DNA of 58,966 nucleotides, counting the filler, from Sluysia triapertura (taxonomy: Eukaryota), in assembly GCA_046118255.1 (NCBI GenBank). It is 5 parts of 5 records of this genome, joined end to end, with 100 filler letters (N's around TTAATTAATTAA, not from the genome) between each part and the next. Parts side by side here need not be neighbours in the genome. Positions count along the whole stretch, not along the records: positions 47,521 to 58,966 come from JBJNIA010184635.1; 4 more parts are not named here. One strand, 5' to 3'. The notes beneath the pieces were generated by a model. That model was not told where the DNA came from. It searched no databases and saw only the letters and a program-made list of their open reading frames with translations. Position 1 is the stretch's first letter. The number at the start of each line of letters is the position of its first letter. A program made the position numbers and the translations under genes. Of the stretch, positions 53,408-58,966 are shown in pieces.

Positions 53408-55729
53408 CTAAATAATATATAGTTTTAATTTTAAATAGTAAACTATGATTTTAAATATAAATTGTATACATACTAAGTTTTAAACTACTTTATAGACTTT
53501 GTATATAAGTCGAAAAAATTGTCAAAAATTCATTTTAAAAATATGTATGAAATAAGTTGTAAAAATGTGTCTAAACACATTATGTTATATGATATCGTTT
53601 TTTATATTAACAGTTTCTTTATATTAATAAATTAATATGTATCGAATGACTTCTGAAAAAAGAAATGAGCTGCACATTTTACATTATTTAAATAATCAAT
53701 AAAAAATTCTTAGGACTGTAAACATTCTCTTTAAATATTTTTTTTACTTTTAACTAAATATGACAGTATAAATTAGTGAACATGTCTCATTCTGGATTTA
53801 AACTAAATGAGAATAATACAAAATAAGTTTTTAAAACCTTACTTTTTACTGCTGTTTCGTTTTATATCAAATAAAATATTCATTTTTCTTTTAAAAACTT
53901 AGTCTATTCAACCGCAAAGTCGACTTTATATATGATAATTAATTACAACCTTTTGAAATATTGTAATAAAAACTTATTATTTTATTATATAAATAATAAA
54001 TATAAATTACTTAAATTATGTATTACTTTGATTATATAGTTGTAATAATATTATTTGTTCTATTTTGATTGACATTTATTTACTTTTATTTTAAATATTC
54101 AATGCATAACTTTTATTTCATATCGAGACTAGTTTTACGAATATTTGCCTTTACAAATTCAAAACAACCAAACTACTTTGTAATTAATCATCTGGAATTC
54201 GAAAATATTACTATTACTTGATAATCGCTTTCATCATTGTCTGAATTTATTTTATGGTGAGTCATATATTTTCTACAATATAAGTAGTATAGATTCAGAA
54301 ATAATTATTAAAACAATAAAATATTACAATATTTTAGTCAACTTACATTTATTTTACCATTGGTACATATTTCGTAAAACGGAAATAAATTTAAGTAACA
54401 CGAAACGTGGGTTTCTTCCGTTCAGTCTTGATTTTGTAGAGTAATTTTGTCATCAATTTACATTTATAATTAACTTTTACTTTCATGCTTAATATTTGTC
54501 TACCCTAAATGATTAAACTCAAATTTCATTGGTTCTTTCTGATTTTAAAAAGTATGTATAATGCACACTTCAATTTAAAATCAGTTTTATTAACCGTAAC
54601 ATGATTCGTGGAAAAATGATCAACAATATGAAAATAATGAAAATGGACAAAAAACAGAAAGACTTGAAGTCATTGGGAAATAAAAGACTTGATGAATATT
54701 CAAGATAATTACATTATAATAATTAAATTGAATAAAACTATGTTTATTTTTCTTAACGAAAAATAAACTTGTACATTTAATGATTATTGTACCATTAAGA
54801 AATATGAATATAATAGTTTAATAAAAAATATTTTTCAACTTGATTTGAATATTCTTAAAGAACGATTAAATTTAATATATTCAGAAAATCAATTTATTCT
54901 GGGCTACACCTGATGAGTGTTTCTGTTGAATATCAAGAGTATAATTAAATATAAAATCAACCAAATTTTGAGGATTTAAAAAGTTTTAAAAATTAATGAA
55001 AAATATGATGCAGTTGTTATAGATAAAGATTTTGTGTTATATTAGGATTTTGTCGTGTTAGATTTTAATAGAGAAAGTAATGTTATGAATCAAATGTAAA
55101 AAAGAACATGATGCAGCTAATGTAACTCTAAGAAACCAATTTAGTCAACCGTATAACATTATAATTAATAAAGAAGTTAATATTCATAATGGACAACTAA
55201 TTTATTTTTCATAATGAAGTAGATTTATTTATTTATTTACAAAAAATACTATAATAACCAAATATTCGTAGTGAATTATCATATACACAGTAGTTGATAA
55301 CATTTGAACTAATAGTTTTTCCTATACTTAAGTGAGTTACACGATTTTTAAGTATAATGATAAATGGAAAATAATTTGTTGAATCGGCGAATAAAAGTTG
55401 TAGAAAAACCTAAAACTAAAACGACAAAAAAACTATAACTAAACAAAAATGTGAAGGAACAATATTTCAAAATAGAAAATATCAAAATTGATTTGTTTAT
55501 TTTTGATCGTATTTCAAATAAATTTGTTATACAAATTTACTTTTGTAATGCATTGAATCATTATACAAATTTAGAATTTAGAATGCTAACTGATTATCTT
55601 GATCTTATGATGAGTTGAAATTATTGAAAAATGAAAATGATTTAATTGATAAAGATACAAATGTGGTAGCAAATAATATATGTTAAGAAAAGATTCAATC
55701 ATGATATTTAATAGTACAACATTCAAATA

Positions 55730-55831
55730 ATAACTCGTTGAGTACATTTGACTAGTAAGACTCGTCATGGATATGAATAACCAAAGTTACAGATGACGAG
55801 TCTCACTCGTCAAATGTACCTAAAAGGTTAA
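55730..55831. mobile_element. ~100-bp palindromic piggyBac-type MITE
   Basis: 27-bp inverted arms at 55742-55768 and 55793-55819 (2 mismatches). Right end AAAGGTTAA, left end ATAACTC. Confidence 0.7.
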
Positions 55832-55899
55832 TCAATCTTTTATTTGTTTACTTGTTTTCTAAATAAAATTATATTTTGGTTATGTTTATAAAATAAATG

Positions 55900-56760
55900 T
55901 ATTCATCATGATATTACAGTAAAATTAAATGCGTTCAATATGTTAAAAAAGTTCAAATAAATCAGGAGTTAATTGAATCAATTCTCAATTAAATTGTGAT
56001 GCAGATTTGTTTTGATGATAAAGAAGCAAGTAGGAAAAGCTTGATTGAAGAATCAAAAACATTCATTATTATTGGATTTTTTAATCAACCAAAATATTCG
56101 ATTCCAGGAGTGAAAGTAGACTTGAAAATGCAAGAAGCTCATTTTGCATCTGTCTTCTAAATAAGAATTCAAAAAGAGATGCTTTTCATGTTGCTGTAAC
56201 TTATATAAAATTATATGTGAAACAACTTACAGCTGATTCTTCAGTTTTAATTAATCATCATTTAGCACTGCAAGAATCTAATGCAATTGATCGAATTCGT
56301 CTAACTAAACTTGTAGTTTACAGTATTCTCCAAAAACAAATTGGATTTTATAAAGAAGACATTTTTTGGCAAATCTCAATTATCAAAATTTGTTTTAGTT
56401 ACATTTCAAGAAACTATCATATTTTATCAGTATGATTTTTAATCGAAATAATCGAGAAATATATACAAATGATTTGATTAGAAAACTTGAAGTTGTGAAG
56501 ACTTTTGTTCAATAGAAACCTTAGTAATCTTAATAATGTGAAAAATCATAAAATTGTGGCAGATTCTGAATTATTTTATCAAGTCTTTACATTTATGATA
56601 AATTCCACATGAATTTAGTGTTAATTAAAAACAACGGCCACAAGACAATTTGAGATTAGATGTTAAATTCGCAAAAAGATTATCAGTACCAAACATCATT
56701 TATATTTTCAATACATTTACGATATTTTCGATAACGAAATTAACATTAATAGTAACCAGT
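55900..56760 (+). pseudogene. Maverick/Polinton (adintovirus-like) major capsid protein relic
   Basis: Ordered motifs DITVKLN, IESILN, RKSLIEESK, DFFNQPKYSIPGVKVDLKM, KLYVKQLTADSSVLINHHLAL, KEDIF and DNLRLDVKFAK...IFDNEININ match the Polinton double jelly-roll capsid pattern. Many frameshifts. Confidence 0.8.
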
Positions 56761-57585
56761 TAATTGAAGTAAGTTTATTTTATAGCACTTATAAATTCGT
56801 TTTTTAATTTCTTAAAAATGAATTCAATCTATTTTAATATTTCCAAATAAGAGATACTTGTGTTAATTGATATTTAATTAATTTTTTAATTTTACTATTT
56901 ATTTAGCTTAAATCTTGAAAAAATGTGACATTAGCAGTTTTATTCTGCTTTAAAAATCAAATAAGTCAATATTTCGAAAGTCAATAAATTTAAATTTAAA
57001 GTTTGTCACCATCACAAGTTAAAAAACAATCAATTTCAGTTAATACTAGTGGTCAACAAGATTCTTCGACTTCATGATAAAAGTATTGATACACTCTCCT
57101 ATCAAACTTTAAATTTAGGTAATAGTGACGAAAATCTGAAGTTGGTATAATTTTCCACAATTTTTGCATATAAGGTTAAACAGCAAAAACTAATTGAAAA
57201 TATATAAAAATTATATGAAACTTTAAAATTATATAAAATATATAAAGCTTATTTAATAATGATAAATAATAATTTTAGAGATTATGAGGATAAAATAACA
57301 TAGAAAATAGGTAATGAATAAGTCTTGCATGATATTTTAGAATTTTTCATCAATACATCGAAATATTCTGATATTATAAATTTAGTTCTATATACAAACG
57401 TCGTATAGTTTGTAAATGTGCAAAATTAAAATGATAGTATATGCTTTATTTCATATTAATACATCAACATTACAATATTACACATTATTTACCGCTTTTC
57501 GATGAATTATATAAAAACTTTAGCATTTTTATGAAAGTTCGTGATATTTATAGGTCTGGAATTAGGAATAAATATGGTATTATTG

Positions 57586-57845
57586 CGTTAGGTTGTCATA
57601 ATAACACTTTAAAATTATTTAAAACATGTAAAACTATCAAAAAATTAATTAAAACCATATAAAAACGCTTTAAAATCATTTATTAATCTTTAAAATTACT
57701 TAAAAAACAATGATTTTCCAAAAAAGAAAATAAAATTTCTAAAAAAATTAGCTTCTAAAAATAGAATAGAACGTTCATTCCATCGATTTTCATTGGATGA
57801 TGATTAGTATATAAACTAGCATCAATACAATGAAAATCGCTATTT
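57586..57845 (+). mobile_element. Repeat family B copy with collapsed HSE
   Basis: CGTTAGG start. Only AGAAC GTTCA remains of the HSE; CCAAT, TATA and the hairpin are retained. Confidence 0.75.
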
Positions 57846-58320
57846 TAGAATGAAAATTTTTCAATTTCATTAGGTTTGTTGCGTGATTCGAGAAAATTGT
57901 GAAATTTTAGTAATTGTTCACAATTTTTCAGTTATGAATCGATTTGGAGACTATCGTCCGGACAATATCAATTTCCATTTTTGGGAAAATTATATATTTT
58001 TATGAGCAATTTTAACTTTCGAAGTTAAAATCATAAAATACAAGGAAATTTCATTTATAAAGTTTTTTAAGTCCCCGATATATTGGGGATAAAATCTCAA
58101 ACTATATTAACACTATATTAAACTCTCACGGAGCTTTAATCTTAAAAACAATTATTTTTGCCTTCTTAATCTACTATCTTAATTGATTTGAATTTTTGTA
58201 TTTTTGAATAAAAGAATCAGTACTTTGTATTGTTTAATTATTAAATTAATACTATTGTGTGATTATAAGACCCTCTACAATTAATTTGTTAGCTAGAGAT
58301 ATTACTTTTTACGTAATCTT

Positions 58321-58417
58321 TTAACTTAATAGTTACAGAAACGCCAACGATACGTTGTAAGACGTTTACTGTAAGCAGACCCTGCTCAAAAATATTTTAC
58401 CGTCTGTTAAGAGTTAA
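58321..58417 (+). mobile_element. Repeat family C, TTAA...TTAA bounded copy
   Basis: TTAACT...GTTAAGAGTTAA. Right half shared with 13258-13315. Confidence 0.6.
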
Positions 58418-58966
58418 AGCAATTGTTTTTAAATATAATTCAGCAACTGATCATGACAATATGGAAATTTACAAGAACCAAAATGTTGAATTGTTATATA
58501 AATCGAAATAATGCAAATAGTAAAACCAACAAAATAATAATTATCAATAATAATAATTATCATTATATTGTTACAGTAAATTTAGACTGATTATTAAATA
58601 TTAGAAGTGAAGATCTTCGATACAAATTACGCTGCAAATATTACAATGGTTTAAAAAACAACAAGCTATGTCAAAAAATAATAAATGCGATTTAGTCAAC
58701 TGTGGCAAAACTTTAGCACCATCATTGAGTATTTATAGTAATTTGAATCGTGTTTAAAAATGATAAAATATAGACCTCTTTTGTCTGGTTTATTAATTCT
58801 TCCAAATAATTATAATCACTATTTTTCTTACTTCTTAAAATGCATCAAAATGGATTCAAAAATGAACATGGAAGAAAATATTAATTGTACTGTTAAAAAG
58901 TGTAAATATCAATTAAAGAAAATATCACATATTCGAAAATTTATTAATAAAGAAACAGCTAAACTT

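Overview
Very AT-rich draft eukaryotic scaffold. It has four artificial 100-nt gap linkers (44 N, TTAATTAATTAA, 44 N), one 211-N gap, many (TAT)n/(TA)n microsatellites and very short (~25-40 nt) GT-AG introns. The window is mostly decayed mobile elements: Tc1/Tc3 transposase relics (one internally inverted), Ty3/gypsy pol fragments with a PPT-LTR junction, a LINE APE endonuclease fragment, hAT- and piggyBac-type MITEs, a Maverick/Polinton major capsid relic and four unclassified dispersed repeat families (A-D). Host-derived coding sequence is limited to one putative spliced orphan membrane-protein gene (14393-15227), an RRM exon of the Musashi/hnRNP class (53306-53407) and a tandem pair of RPLP0/uL10 pseudogenes. 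Two observations stand out. (1) Two copies of a 98-bp TG...CA cassette hold a tRNA-Ala-derived Pol III unit inside an 8-bp inverted repeat that covaries between copies. (2) An LTR-like repeat (family B, 3 copies) carries a complete heat-shock-type promoter: a six-unit HSE, a CCAAT box and a TATA box sitting in a conserved hairpin. All calls come from manual reading and remembered family motifs; no database search was run, and the organism is not identified.
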